Shown here piece after piece: positions 27,215 to 41,758 of a DNA stretch of 64,000 nt. Origin of the DNA: Octopus vulgaris (lineage: Eukaryota); contig OX597824.1 in the NCBI GenBank assembly GCA_951406725.2, positions 29,884,001 to 29,948,000 on the forward strand, given 5' to 3'. Below the pieces are notes generated by a model. The model saw only the letters and a program-made list of their open reading frames with translations. It had not been told where the DNA came from and searched no databases. A program made the translations under genes and the position numbers. Position 1 is the first letter of the stretch. Each line of letters opens with the position of its first letter.

Positions 27215-27607
27215 CTAGCAGTACCGCCCGGCGTTGCTCGGGTTTGTTTCGACCCTTTAGAATTAGAATTATTGAAAAGTAAATATATTGCATTATGTAG
27301 CTTGTTATTCTCTTTAAGTGAACATTTTTCTGGTTGAAATACACCAAAAAATGGCGACACAGCAGTAAAAAAATCGTAAAAAATAGGGATTTTCATAGAA
27401 AAAAGCACCTTTTTGATGTAAATAATTTTTAGTGTTAACATGGTTCGATTTGAATTTTATCTTCTACGGAAGGAAGAGCAAGCCTTCTTCTATCATAATC
27501 TCAATTTTGGTCAACTTGCGCCTCAGGGTCCCGGAGGAGATAGTGTTAGTTGAAAGCTACCAAACATGCCATACACAGACAACTTCAGGTTTATATATAC
27601 AGAGAGA
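27215..27607 (-). mobile_element. Non-autonomous Helitron
   Basis: Minus strand starts a|TC, ends with hairpin cccgagcaacgccggg then cggtactgCTAG|t; no TSD. Confidence 0.85.
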
Positions 27608-28195
27608 TTTGGTAATTATTACGAATCCTCTAGAATGTAGTTAATTTTAATAGATCAAGAATGTGTGTTGTATGATAATTGATATATGTGTGTATTTATC
27701 TAAATTAAGACATTCTCTCCCCCACCCCACCCCAACTTGTGCCGAACGACCTTGAGAACTTCCTTAACAAGCGTTTGCCACCACAAACTTGGTTTCGGCC
27801 AGTTCTCAGCAAATGATCAATTGGTTTGTTGTCCACCCATCTACCCTTTTACGTCATCAGCACATGGTCGATGCGCTTACGCCGACGCTAGCCCGAATTA
27901 ATACCAAATATGGCGCAGTGTATCTAGGAGTGCAGATTTTAATATGTCATCTGGTATTTGGATTCTTTTGTTAAAGCGTAAAAAAATGTCAAGGTTCTAT
28001 TTATAGCAGATCAAATGTTAGATCAAACGCTAGACTTAACAAACTGGAATTTATTCCGTGTAAGCCCATAAAGCAGTGAAGCTCAAAATAATGCTGTGTA
28101 AATGTATTTTTAACAGGTTCTTTCGCAATGGAAAAGGAATAACGTTCATCGCAGGATTTTGTCTCAGAGAAAAATCTTTTATTTGCTATTTTTAT

Positions 28196-28382
28196 AGGTG
28201 CAGGAGTGGCTGTGTGGTACGTAGCTGGCTTACGAACCACATAGTTCCGGGTTCAGTCCCACTGCGTGGCACTTTGGACAAGTGTCTTCTACTATAGCCT
28301 CGGGCCGACCAAAGCCTTGTGTATGGATTTGGTAGACGGAAACTGAAAAGAAGCCCGTCGCATATATGTGTGTATATATATA

Positions 28383-28436
<54 letters not shown>

Positions 28437-28655
28437 TGTGTCTGTGTTTGTCCCCCAACATCGCTTGACAACCGACGTTGGTGTGTTTACGTCTCCCGTA
28501 ACTTTGCGGTTCGTCAAAAGAGACCGATAGAATAAGTACTAGGCTTCCAAAGAATAAGTCATGGGGGTCGATTTGCTCGACTAAAAGCGGTGCTCCAGCA
28601 TGGAAACAGTCACATGACTGAAACAAGTAAAAGAGTAAAAGCGTAAAAGAGAGTA
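28196..28655 (+). mobile_element. SINE family B
   Basis: Full-length copy with internal (TG)n. Confidence 0.9.
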
Positions 28656-28827
28656 ACAGAAAAGATCCTTCAACTCCAAATGACATTGGTAGTGTCTATG
28701 ATTCACGAGGCAGAATCACTATTGACGACGCAAAAACACGCCGACTGGTGATCCTCTAGCATCGTTTGGAGCCTCGTATTTTTCTTGATGAAATTTTTTG
28801 AATATGTATTATTTGCGTATATATTTT

Positions 28828-29122
28828 GGTATTGTGACTTAGTGATTAGGGTATTCGCCTCATGATCGTAAAGTCGCAAGTTCGATTCGCGGCGGTGCGT
28901 TGTGTCCTCGACAAGACACTTTACTTCACGTTGCTCCAGTGCACTCAGCTGTAGAAATGAGTTGCGACGTCACAGGTGCCAAGCTGTATCGGTCCTCGCC
29001 TTTCCCTTCGATAACATTGGTGGCGTGGAGAGGGGTGGCCGGTATGCATGGGTGACTGCTGGTCTTCCATAAACAACCTTACCTGGGAGGGTGACTTTCT
29101 AGGTGCAATCCCATGGTCATTC
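28828..29122 (+). mobile_element. SINE family A, tail type 1
   Basis: Aligns with 489-800. Confidence 0.85.
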
Positions 29123-29125
29123 AAA

Positions 29126-29393
<268 letters not shown>

Positions 29394-29803
29394 CAAGGCC
29401 AGCCTTGTTAAATTCTGTGAGAACTACGTTAAGGGTACACGTGTCTGTGGATACTCAGCCACCTGCAGGTTAATTTCACGAGCAGACTGCTCCGTTGCTC
29501 GGATCAGCTGGAACTCTCGTCGTCGTAAGCGACGAAGTGCTAGTTATTTTGTCTTTGTGATGCGATATGAGAGTCGCTCCTAGAATTAATCTTGATCTTC
29601 TATTTTTGTGAGGAATTTTATAGAATATAAAGGTAAGGTAATACCCTCTAAACAACGTATGTCTGTAAAAGTATAGTTGCTGTATGGCTTGGAATCTGCA
29701 TCAAAACTTTTTTTGTCTTTATGCAAGTCTCTATCTCTGTTAGCATGTATATGTGTGAGTGTGTTCGGCTGTCCCCGTGTGTGTATATGCCCGTACATGT
29801 CCG

Positions 29804-29894
<91 letters not shown>

Positions 29895-30407
29895 CGATGT
29901 AGCATAACTGTGAATGGGTATAGAAAGGTATGTATACGTGTATACTGGTTCTGCTAGTTGGCATTTTTGTATATAGTTTGTATACGCATAAAATTGCGCA
30001 TATATGCTCATGTATGTGTGTGCATGTGTGTCGATGTGTCTGTGTATACCTGTGAGTCTGTGTCTGTGTATACCTTCTCTGCCTTCTCCCCATATACCAT
30101 TCTCCCACCATCTGACAACACGTGTTTTCCAACCAGTCATTAATTAATCGACACAGATAGAACAGGATAGGATAGCGATGTGAAGTTATCACTGGACTGG
30201 GAATAGTGATGTGTGTATTCATAATGGAGATATGTGGTGTGTGTGTGTGTGTGTGTGTGTGTATACTTGTGTGTGCATGTGTGTGTGTGCAAGAGAGACA
30301 GAGATAGAGGGAGAGAGGAAAAAGAGAGAGAAAGAGAGAGATAGCATGCATGTAAGTTATTTCAGATATTGCGGGTTTAATTATCAGTGTATGTATGTAT
30401 ATATATG

Positions 30408-30636
30408 GTGAAGCTGCGTGGCTCAGTGGTTAGAACGTCGAGCTTACGATCGCGAGGTTGTGAGCTGGAATCCCGGGCCGGGCTGCGTGTTGTGTTCTTG
30501 AGCAAGACACTTCACGTTGCTCCAGTTCACTCAGCTGTAGAAATGAGTTGCGACGTCACAGGTGCCAAGCTGTATTGGCCTTTGCCTTTCTCTTGGATAA
30601 CATCGGTGGCGTGGAGAGGGGTGGCCTGTATGCATG
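30408..30636 (+). mobile_element. SINE family A, 3'-truncated
   Basis: Aligns with 489-717. Confidence 0.85.
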
Positions 30637-31096
30637 AAATCTTGCTTTTAATTTTTATCTTTGTTTCAAAATGTCCGACACCTTAATCGTCATCATCGTG
30701 TTGATGATGAATCCATAACTCAGTCTTATTACGTTTGCATGCTATCCAATCATCTTTTACAAGGATATTCGTCACATTATATATTTTTTAATCAATAAAT
30801 ATATAATCATATCTATGTTTATTTCAATAAACACGGGATAAAATGACCTAAATGACAAAATCTCGACACACATTTAGTTCTTGGGTCATGAGGTCACATC
30901 TACTTCAAGTTATTGTTTGTGATTTTAAGTATCAGGACTCTATGGATTCCTCCTCTGCTTTTTAAAATTAAATATTGGCATTTTTACAGACCTGGCAAGG
31001 AAGAGAAATAAATCTTTGTTGTACATATTGTATATGAATTACTTCGTGAGTTATTTTAGCACTTTACAGTAATTACAAGAATATATAAAATATAAA

Positions 31097-31330
31097 TAAA
31101 TGCGCCCTTTTAAAGCCTAACCAGGCTCATGGGCCTGGTGTCCCGGTTTCAATGGCGTATGTGTTCCCCAGCTGGATGAGACGCCAGTCCATCGCAGCTG
31201 AGTAGACTGGAGCAACGCGAAATGAAGTGTTTTGCTCAAGAACACAACGCGTCGCCCGGTCCAGAAATCGAAACTACAATCTTACGATCATGATGCTGAC
31301 ACCCAAACCACTAAGCCACGCGCCTCCACA
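31097..31330 (-). mobile_element. SINE family A, tail type 2
   Basis: Reverse complement of 57922-58160. Confidence 0.85.
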
Positions 31331-31509
31331 TACAAGAATATATACCTATTCTGAATTTAAACATTGCTATGTGGGGAAGTCACATTTACAAATCCAGAAG
31401 ATACAGCATTTGTCGACTGGCTCAGTCATTGTAAGCTGTAAACAGGCCCTATATACGAATTACAGCACAGACCACCTCGCCAAATCAACTTGCGACACTG
31501 ACACTCTTT

Positions 31510-31728
31510 ACTCTCTTTTACTTGATTCAGTTATTTGACGACGGCCATGCTGGAGCACCGCCTTTGTAGTCGAACAAATTGACCCCAGAGCTTATTCTTT
31601 GTAAGCCCAGTCAGTCTCTTTTGCCGAACCGCTAAGTTACGGGGACGTAAACACACCAGCATCGGTTGTCAAGCGAAGCTGGGGGGTGGGGGTGGCAAAC
31701 AGACACACAAACATATACACACACACAC

Positions 31729-31765
<37 letters not shown>

Positions 31766-31930
31766 CATATACGACGGGCTTCTTCCAGTTTCCGTCTACC
31801 AAATCCACTCACAAGGCTCTTGTCAGCCCGAGGCTATAGTAGAAGACACTTGCCCAAGGTGCCACGCAGTGGGACTGAACACGAGAGCATGTGGTTGGTA
31901 AGCAACCTATTTACCACACAGCCACTCCTG
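31510..31930 (-). mobile_element. SINE family B
   Basis: Reverse-complement copy. Confidence 0.88.
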
Positions 31931-32500
31931 AAGAATCATCTAGATCATGTAGAAATAGCGGCCAAATCTCTCTCAGATCACGTTTTTACAGTCATCAGAA
32001 ATGGAGAGGGATACTTTAGAGAATATGGGTCAGAGAAAAGCCAAAAAAAAAAAGTATGAGATGATCATAGATGGAATACCTTTTGAACGTGGACCTGCTT
32101 GATAAGATTTGGCTTAGCGTTGAACAACAATAACGACAAAAATATGAACAATAATAACAACAAAGTTGATCTCGTTGTACACGGGGTATTCATAAATAAT
32201 TGTGATTGAAATGAAAAGGAAAGAAAGAAAGAAAGAATGACTGAATGAATGAAAGAGAAAGATAAACAACATAGACAAATATCAATTGGTTACATGACAA
32301 CCACACCCATAAAAGCCCTTAAACGATCCCCAAATCTATTCAATATATCTATAGACACTGGAAGATACAATAGCAAATATACGGGGTTCTTCTTAACAAC
32401 TACGTTTGTTTTTAAATGTAAAGTAAATCTGTTTAAGAATGGCAATATTTCGTATAGATCGAGAGAGGGAGAAGGAGACAGACAGAGAGGGTAGGCAGAC

Positions 32501-32583
<83 letters not shown>

Positions 32584-33416
32584 GAGAGAGAAGGAGAGAC
32601 AGACTGACAGAATAAGGAAGTGTCAATAGAATGCGTAATGCATTCAAAGAAACAGTTACAAAACTTCGCGAGCAAGATGGTTAAGGTGGTTAACATATTT
32701 GACCATGTTTTCAACACTAAGCACGGAAGTTTAGTCCAGTCTCAGATGTATGCGAAAGCATTAAAGCTGTTCGAGGGACCCGAGGTTGGGCTGAGGCACT
32801 TCGTGGTGACCGAAAGAACGATAAGGTCTTTCACGGAACATGATGTGATGTCCAGTATCACAAACGGATATTTGCGACTTTTCAGCAGTACTTTGAAGGA
32901 CTTTTCAAGGAAACTAGTAGACGAGTGACAGGGAGTCTTGATATCCAATTCGGCAGACTGCAATAAATCACAGCGTGACGGGTAAGGTGCTGGAATGGTA
33001 TGAAAATCAGCTCCTGGAATAGCTGACACTATGTCCAATTGTGTGAGAGAGATATCTCGAAAAAAACGGAGGAGGTTCATTAAAGATATATTGTAGTATA
33101 CCGGATTTGATCTCATTTCTTGACACGTAATCTTTCGGAACTAGTAACAGAGTGGTAGAATTTTCAGTTGTATGAAACTCGAGAATAGAGAAGCTTTTGA
33201 TGGAAGGTGCCAAAACGGACAAGCTTATAAGCATTTCGTGTCCAAACTGAATACAGAGTTGAAGATTTTGGCAAATGTGCTCACTAAAAAGGTTGGCATT
33301 TTTTTCAGATAGTTCGGTCGGAATTGCACGATACTTTTCGAACGAAACTGGTTGTGGTGGTGGCGGCGGCGGCGGCGGTGGTGGTGGTGGTGGTGTAGTG
33401 TTGTGCTATTGTCTCT

Positions 33417-33639
33417 AGGCGCAGGAGTGGCTGTGTGGTAAGTATCTTGCTTACGAACCACATGGTTCCGGGTTCAGTCCCACTGCGCGTCACCTTGGGC
33501 AAGTGTCTTCTACTATAGCCTTGCGCCGACCAAAGCTTTGTGAGTGGATTTGGTAGATGGAAACTGAAAGAAGCCCGTCGTATATATGTATATATATATA
33601 TGTGTGTATGTGTGTGTGAGAGAGAGAGAGAGAGAGATA

Positions 33640-33694
<55 letters not shown>

Positions 33695-33900
33695 TGTATC
33701 TGTGTTTGTTCCCTCAACATCGCTTGACAACCGATGCTGGCGTGTTTACCTCCCCGTAACTTAGCGGTTCGGCAAAAGAGACCGATAGAATAAGTACTAG
33801 GCTTACAAAGAATAAGTCCTGGGGTCTATTTGCTCGATTAAAGGCGGTGCTCCAGCATGGCCACATTCAAATGACTTAAACAAGTAAAAGAGTAAAGAGA
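33417..33900 (+). mobile_element. SINE family B
   Basis: Full-length copy with expanded internal TA/TG/GA tract. Confidence 0.9.
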
Positions 33901-34061
33901 GTAGTTTGGTTTTAAGGTTAATAATAATCAAGATGAATTCGATGAAGATAACAACGATGAGGATCATTGATAATGAGATTTTGACACTGACATCGACGAC
34001 TATCAATATCATTATCGTCGTTGTCGTCATCAACATCATCATCATCACTATCAGCATCATT

Positions 34062-34093
<32 letters not shown>

Positions 34094-34112
34094 GATCATC
34101 ATCATCATCATG

Positions 34113-34149
<37 letters not shown>

Positions 34150-34352
34150 CCATCATCATTGTAGTCGCCAATTAATTACCAAGCACGCAAAGTTAAAATG
34201 CAAACACTCGAGTTGGGAGTGTCAAAACTTTTGAAAATAGTGTCAAGGAAAAATGAAGAGACAGTTATTCTTTTATAGTACTCTGTATATACATAAGTGT
34301 GTATGCATGTGTATATATGTTTGTACATATGAATATATATATATATATATAA

Positions 34353-34435
<83 letters not shown>

Positions 34436-34436
34436 C

Positions 34437-34473
<37 letters not shown>

Positions 34474-34549
34474 CATATACATATACGTACACACACACAC
34501 AGATATCTGCGTAAACAGAAGTCTGTGTGCATGTATGTATGTATGTATG

Positions 34550-34589
<40 letters not shown>

Positions 34590-34598
34590 CATATATAT

Positions 34599-34664
<66 letters not shown>

Positions 34665-35324
34665 GTGTGTGTATATATATACATTACGTATGCATATTCT
34701 AGTAGGAGTGTAGGCGGTATAGGTGTCTGTATGCATGTGTGTGTGTGTGTGTGTGTGTGAAAATATTTCTGTGAAGATACGCCTATTAGTTATATCTAAC
34801 ATTCTCTTTCACCCACATCTCAGAGGTTTTTACATTAAAAACTAAATGGTCAGTTCTCCGTCAGTTCTCGACAATCACTATTCTGTTGTGCGATCAACTG
34901 AACTAAGTATTCACTGAATTAAAATATACCTGACTGCGTATCCTACAGACCCGTACGTTTACCATTAACGTAATACTCCGGACAGAATCTCTGTGCCAAA
35001 GTGCGTGACATGGTTGAAGCTTTACGTTACAGGTACTCAGGTACACTCCACCCGTAAGGGTTCAAAAAGGTTTCCGTCTGCTCGGTTTTACTCATGTCAG
35101 ATACTTGCCTAAAATGCCAGGCGCTAACATCGAAGCTGGGACATCGTATTTGTAAGGCGAACTTTTGAAAGATTCAGCGACATGCTCCGTCAACCGAGGT
35201 TTACTATAATACGTAGAAAAACACAAACTCGCACACATGGACACATGCGCAAGCACACATGCATACAAACACACACAATCGCACATACACACACAAACAC
35301 ACACACACACACACACAAACACAT

Positions 35325-35399
<75 letters not shown>

Positions 35400-35624
35400 T
35401 ATATGCTGTGTTTATACCTCCGTAACTGAACGTTTTGGCAAAAACGACCGATAAAATTAGTACTAGGCTCAAATAACAATAAGTCCTGGGGTTGATTTCT
35501 TCGACTAAAAGTATTCAAGCCGGTGCTCCAGCATGGCCACAATCTAATCAATCTAATAGATGATGAAAGATACGAAAACTCACACACAAACACACACACA
35601 TGTATGCATGTCATTATTTAGTTT

Positions 35625-36137
35625 ATTTCAAGATTTCTTGACAATAGAGAAAGAACCCTTTCTAACCTTGATCCAAGGTTCTTTCATTGAAATTTCGACA
35701 TCAACAACAGGCTATTTTTGTTTGTTTGTGTGTATGTATGTACGTATGTATATGCAGATTTGTGTATTTTATGTATGTATTCTCATGTATATAGTTATAT
35801 ATCTAGACATGCTCATATATATCTAAATGATAATCTTCTGGAAAGTTTTACAGATTTATACAATTCCAGTGATGGATTGGATTTGTTGTCTTGGAATTAG
35901 CTTCCTCCTTTCTAGTTTTGAGAAGCCTAACTTCCCAACATTGGTATTTAGGCAGTGTGTTACATATCCCAGGGGCCTATTGATTACAGGTATAAACCGG
36001 AACTTGTAATCTGGATAGAGTAACTGCAGATTTCTCAATAGTTCAGTATTCTCTTTTTCACTGGTCTTCGGCTTTATGTTAACATCCGCTGGGCAGCTAA
36101 TTTCCACAACTGTGCACAGTTTCTCTTCTCTGTCCCA
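35625..36137 (-). mobile_element. 3' end of RLE-type non-LTR retrotransposon (second family)
   Basis: WDREEKLCTVVEISCPADVNI..LLRNLQLLYPDYKFRFIPVI..LGYV..KLGF; related fragment EVSCPADVN at 53700-53830. Confidence 0.75.
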
Positions 36138-36310
36138 TGTATGTATGTATGTATGTATGTATGTATGTATGTATGTATTATGTATGTATGTATGTATGTA
36201 TGTATGTATGTATGTATGTATGTATGTATGTGCGTGTGTCTGTCTGTCTGTAAATATATAGCAAACAGCGAAAGAATAAAGGATACAAATATACGGTGGT
36301 TTTAGAAAAC

Positions 36311-36536
36311 CTATTTCTTTACTACCCACAAGGGGCTAAACACAGAGAGGACAAACAAGGACAGACAAATGGATTAAGTCGATTATATTGATCCCAGTGC
36401 GTAACTGGTACTTATTTAATTGACCCCGAAAGGATAAAAGGCAAAGTCGACCTCGGCGGAATTGGAACTCAGAACATAGCGGCAGATGAAATACCGTTAG
36501 GCATTTCGCCCGGCGTGCTAACGTTTCTGTCAGCTC
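36311..36536 (-). mobile_element. SINE family C
   Basis: Same as 25465-25697; further copies at 46319-46545 and 57003-57221. Confidence 0.9.
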
Positions 36537-37099
36537 ACAAAACCAAAATGATTAATGTGGTTTTGTGTTTAGAATGTAAGAATTATAATGCAAGGGTAAT
36601 CTGTGGTTTCACAGAATATCATTATATCTAAACGAACACATTCACATAAATGCACACACACACACACTGAATTTACTGGAGTATTCTTCTGAGACACTGC
36701 TGTGTTATGCGAAGCCAGGCCAAGGTGTATGGGACCTACCGAAAAAGGGGGGTATGCGCAACGGAATATATCACCTGATGCAAACGGATGTACATACAAT
36801 TCCAAATGTGTCTACGTTCAGTATCGTGTCTAAGTGGTCGGTATCGGGGTGGATGGGAGGGGAAGGGGGAGGTGTGGAGTTGGCTGTAAGGTATATGTAT
36901 ATATGTACAGGTATGTATATTAGCACCTTAGATGTGTACGAGTGCTTCTATCAATGCATTCTGTTACATCGGCGATTTAATTTGCTTAAACACTTGGTCT
37001 TTATGCGATCGCATGCATGACATTTTATTTATAAGGCTTTCAAAGGCAACTTGTCCTCCTCGTAAATATATGCGTCTATGTGTAAATATGTATATATAA

Positions 37100-37149
<50 letters not shown>

Positions 37150-37260
37150 ATGTATATATATGTATGTATATATATATATATACATATACATATGTATATA
37201 TACATACATTTATATATATACATACATCATACATATATATATATATACACACATATACAT

Positions 37261-37293
<33 letters not shown>

Positions 37294-37397
37294 CATACAT
37301 ACATACATACATACATACATACATACATACATACATACACATAAATATATCAATCTACATATATGTGTGTGTGCGTGTATGTATGTATGTATGTATG

Positions 37398-37484
<87 letters not shown>

Positions 37485-37644
37485 TAATATTATGTATGTG
37501 GCGGAACTTATCAAATAGAAAGAACATTGTATTTTCAGAGACCTATTGTTCATTATTTTATTTATTTGTTTATCCTGTGTGTGACCCGAATTGATAATTT
37601 TCTATCACTTACCCCCACCTCTCTTCTCTTTCTCTCTCTCCCCC

Positions 37645-37676
<32 letters not shown>

Positions 37677-37969
37677 TTCCTCTATCTATCTAGCTATCTA
37701 TCACACGGTCACACGCACACGCATACACACACACGCATACACACACACGCATACACACACATGCACACGCACGCACAAACAACAACACGGTTGTCTTTAG
37801 TACCATGCTGTTAAATGTCTTATTCAAACCTTTGAATTTCTTTACCTCTGCTTATAAATCAATAAAAAGTATATTCTTATGTAATATATGGGCGCCATTT
37901 TTAGGATACGGCTTTGCGTAGTGTGAGACAAATTTGCTGTTTCGTTGCTGTTATTGTCGTTGGTGTTGC

Positions 37970-38392
37970 TGTTGAGCGTTGAGCGTTGAGCGTTGAGCAT
38001 TGAGCGTTGAGCGTTAAGCGTTGAGTTTAAGCGTTGAGCTTTAAGTGTTGAACGTAGCGGTCTTTGTCCAGTGGGAGAAGTCCGAAACGTGGTCCTTTGC
38101 TATTCGTAAGACCCGCAGAAGAGAAAGCAAGTCAACCCCCGACACTGAGAGCATCGACGGATGAATGAATGCGCATCTAGGCTCAGCGGTTGCGTAGGAA
38201 GTCGGGGACAAGAAACAGGAAGAAAGAGTGAGAGAAAGTTGGAGCGAAAGAGTACAGCAGGGGTCGCCACTACCCCCTGCCGGAGCGTCGTGGAACTTTA
38301 GGTGTTTTCGCTCAATAAACACACACAACGCCCGGTCTGGGAATCGAAACCGAGAGTCCGCTACCCTGACCATTGAACCATTGCGCTTCCAC
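37970..38392 (-). mobile_element. tRNA-derived SINE family D with (CAACGCT)n tail
   Basis: Head gtggaagcgcaatgg..ggtttcgattcccagaccggg; 7-bp tandem GTTGAGC at 37970-38055 is its 3' tail. Confidence 0.8.
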
Positions 38393-38763
38393 TTGGTGTT
38401 GCTGTTGGTTGTGGGGCTATTGTGCCATTTTCCTTTCTGTTGTTGAAGTGTTACTTTATATGTCTGCAAGTGTCTTCTACAAGAGCCGCGGACTAACCAA
38501 CGTCTTGTGAGTGGATTTGGTGGACGGAAACTGAAAGAAGATCCTTGTATAAATACCTGTGTGTGTGCATGCGCATCCGCATGTGTGTATATGCGAGTGT
38601 GTATGTGTGTGTGTGTGTGTCTGCGTGCGCGCGCGTGCGTGTGTGTGTGTGTCGTTGCGTCAACGTTTCGTTCGACTAAGATTCTTCAAGGCAGATAGAT
38701 AGATAGATAGATAGATAGATAGTAGACAGACAGTCAGACAGACAGACAGGCAGTTATGCAGGC

Positions 38764-38866
<103 letters not shown>

Positions 38867-39647
38867 CAGATGTATACAGACAGATATATACATCGTATAT
38901 ATGTATGTCTATATGTATGCATACCTGAGGAGTGCTCTGCCACTTGAGCGTTGATTCCATAGGTAGTCTGTTCCGTTTATCGGATCAGCTGGAACGCTCG
39001 GCGTCGCAACTGATGGAGTGCCGGAAGGATGTATATATATACGAATTTATGTATATATATATGTATATATACGTATGTGTATGTATATATACACGCTTTC
39101 ACGTATCTGTATATTTTCCCTTCTATTTCTAAATATTCAAAAAAGAAGTTGGTTTTTCACGAAGATAAAAAGCTCTATCATTGAAATGTAGTTAACAAAA
39201 AGAAAATTCACATTTTGAACTTGAGAAAAATCTTGCATATTTTTAATGCTTCACTTACCGATTTTATTTGTGATTGGCGAATTAAGTGGAAAGGACGAAC
39301 GGTAAAGTCGACCCTGGTGGCATTAGGACTTAGTACGCAAGGTCGCAAGAACTAACCCTTAAGCATTTTTTCCGGTGTGGTAACGATTCCGCCAGCTAGC
39401 CGTCTTAAGCTCCAGTAACATACTGAGCTTAATTTTGCCAATCATACCCACTATCCTATTAAAAGTGTTATGACGTTAGACTTTTAGTACTTTGGATCGT
39501 CTACAGTGCAATGTAGTACTTAGTATTAGAATTAATGTTTTTCTTTTTATTTGTCGTTTAGTTCCATATTAACCTTTAGTTACCAGATCTACGAAAGAAT
39601 TCTAGCTGTGCACTCTTGTCGTTTTTTTTTATTGCATCTTCTTTTTT

Positions 39648-40028
39648 TACTCTGTCGGTTACGACGACGAGTGTTCCAATTGATCCGATCAGCGAAACAG
39701 CCTGCTCGTGAAATTAACGTGCAAATGGCTGAGCACTCCACACAGACACGTGTACCCTTAACGTAGTTCTCGGGGGAGATTCAACGTGATACAGAGTGTG
39801 ACAAGGCTGGCCTTTTGAAATACAGGTACAGCAGAAGCAGGAAGATAGAGTGAGAGAAAGTTGTAGTGAAAGAGTACAGCAGAGTTCGCCACCAACCCCT
39901 GCCGGAGCTTCGTGGAGCTTTAGGTGTTTTCGCTCAATAAACATTCGCAATGCCCGGTCTGAGAATCAAAACCGCGATCCTATGACCGCGAGTCCGCTGC
40001 CTTAACCACTGGGCCATTGCGCCTCCAC
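39648..40028 (-). mobile_element. SINE family D with a different 3' tail
   Basis: Same head/body as 38210-38392; tail also found alone at 29393-29542 and 38925-39022. Confidence 0.85.
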
Positions 40029-40069
40029 TTTATTGCATAAGTACTGTATATGATAATATATCAATTAAA

Positions 40070-40575
40070 TCCTTTGAAATAAGTGTGGATAATTGGAAAG
40101 AGCCAGTGATAAATTAGAATGACTAGAGATAATCCGTTAAGAAAGGATATAAAATGCTTGAGAGATGTTATAGGGCAGAGTTGAAACATGTCTTATGTAA
40201 AGGTTCTATTCTGAACCTGTCTATTATCTACGGTTACGATCTTATTTCGAATGCAGGCTGTGTTAATCATATGAAATCGCACACACTTACCCACTGAAAC
40301 AATCTTTATTCAACATTCATTTGTGGCCATTTTCACTAAGTACTACTTGTGCAATGTGCAGCAAAATATGTCACTCTAAACTTGAACTACAAAAAAAGAA
40401 AAATGAATGAAAAACATATGGTAATGCACAAGAATGCCATTCCACAGACTGACACAGTCATTACAATAAAGATGTTGACTTTCTTCTGTCATGTTTGCTT
40501 TTAGACCTTGTAAATCATCAGCTGCTCTTGAGAATCATCTCCGAACACATGGGCGTATGTCAATGAACAGAAAGA
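40070..40575 (+). mobile_element. Decayed RTE-like LINE 3' end with three C2H2 zinc-finger relics
   Basis: Manual translation: SNAGCVNHMKSH, CAMCSKICHSKLEL..KHMVMH, FFCHVC/RPCKSSAALENHLRTH; frameshifts and stops. Confidence 0.65.
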
Positions 40576-40710
40576 TTCAGTGAACAGTGAATAATGAGAC
40601 GGGTAACGTCTGTCAAGATGAAGGAAGCATCTTCAATTACGCATGTAAGAATGTATGTGTATATTAATGTGACGCTTGTAAGAATGTAGGTATGCCTATA
40701 TACATACACG

Positions 40711-40764
<54 letters not shown>

Positions 40765-40904
40765 TATACATATATATGTATATAAATACGTATACATATA
40801 TATATATATATATATGTATGCATGTGCATACATAGGTATACATGTATATACATATCTATATATACATACAATCATTTATATATCACACACACACACATAC
40901 ATAT

Positions 40905-40935
<31 letters not shown>

Positions 40936-41004
40936 TAGATATAGATATACATACATATATACATATCTATATATATATACATATATATACATATATATAT
41001 ATAG

Positions 41005-41088
<84 letters not shown>

Positions 41089-41106
41089 GTATATACATAC
41101 ATATAT

Positions 41107-41306
41107 AGGGTAGCGAATATTCGTTAGAAATATCACCACCAGTGGCCTAGCATGTATAAATAGTCAATAGACAACATATTCTTATTATAAAACAGTGTAC
41201 ATTTAAACATAAGAGAAAACTACCCTTTAACAGGTAATTTTTACATGGCTGCTTCTTCTAGAATGTAAAAAATTACCTGTTAAAGAGTAGTTTTCTCTTG
41301 TGTTTA
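41107..41306. mobile_element. Hairpin insertion in (TA)n
   Basis: ~43-bp arms from 41204 and to 41306, 16-nt loop; shares agtggcctagc with 49596. Confidence 0.6.
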
Positions 41307-41601
41307 TATATATATATATATATATATAACGTTGATGACGAAGAGAAGAGTGGAGATTTATTCATATCCAAAGACTTGAGTACTATACAATGAAACGTTG
41401 TAGATAGCCGACAACTTATCAAATTTTTTAGATAATACGGTATCCGTCAGAATAACATATCTCTTCTATACTATACACACACACGCACACACACATGCAG
41501 AGACACACACACGCACACATACACATTAGACAAAAATAGATAACAAAGCCAAGGCTGTGAGGAGTTTTCATGACATTTATAAGGAAAGAGATATAGATAT
41601 A

Positions 41602-41649
41602 GTCTTACAGCTGTTTCTGGGATATTATGGATATCCCTTCATCAGAGAC
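41602..41649 (-). ncRNA. Type-I hammerhead ribozyme motif (left arm)
   Basis: Reverse complement of the 41711-41758 motif with one loop II substitution. Confidence 0.8.
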
Positions 41650-41710
41650 GATATGAGATGGTTAAATAGAGGTAAATGTTTGTGTTTACGTCTATTTAAC
41701 ATTTCACATC

Positions 41711-41758
41711 GTCTCTGATGAAGGGATATCCGTAATATCCCAGAAACAGCTGTAAGAC
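41711..41758 (+). ncRNA. Type-I hammerhead ribozyme motif (right arm)
   Basis: gtct-CTGATGA-a-gggatat(ccgta)atatccc-a-GAAA-cagctg-TA-agac: all core nucleotides, GUA cleavage triplet, palindromic stem III. Confidence 0.85.
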
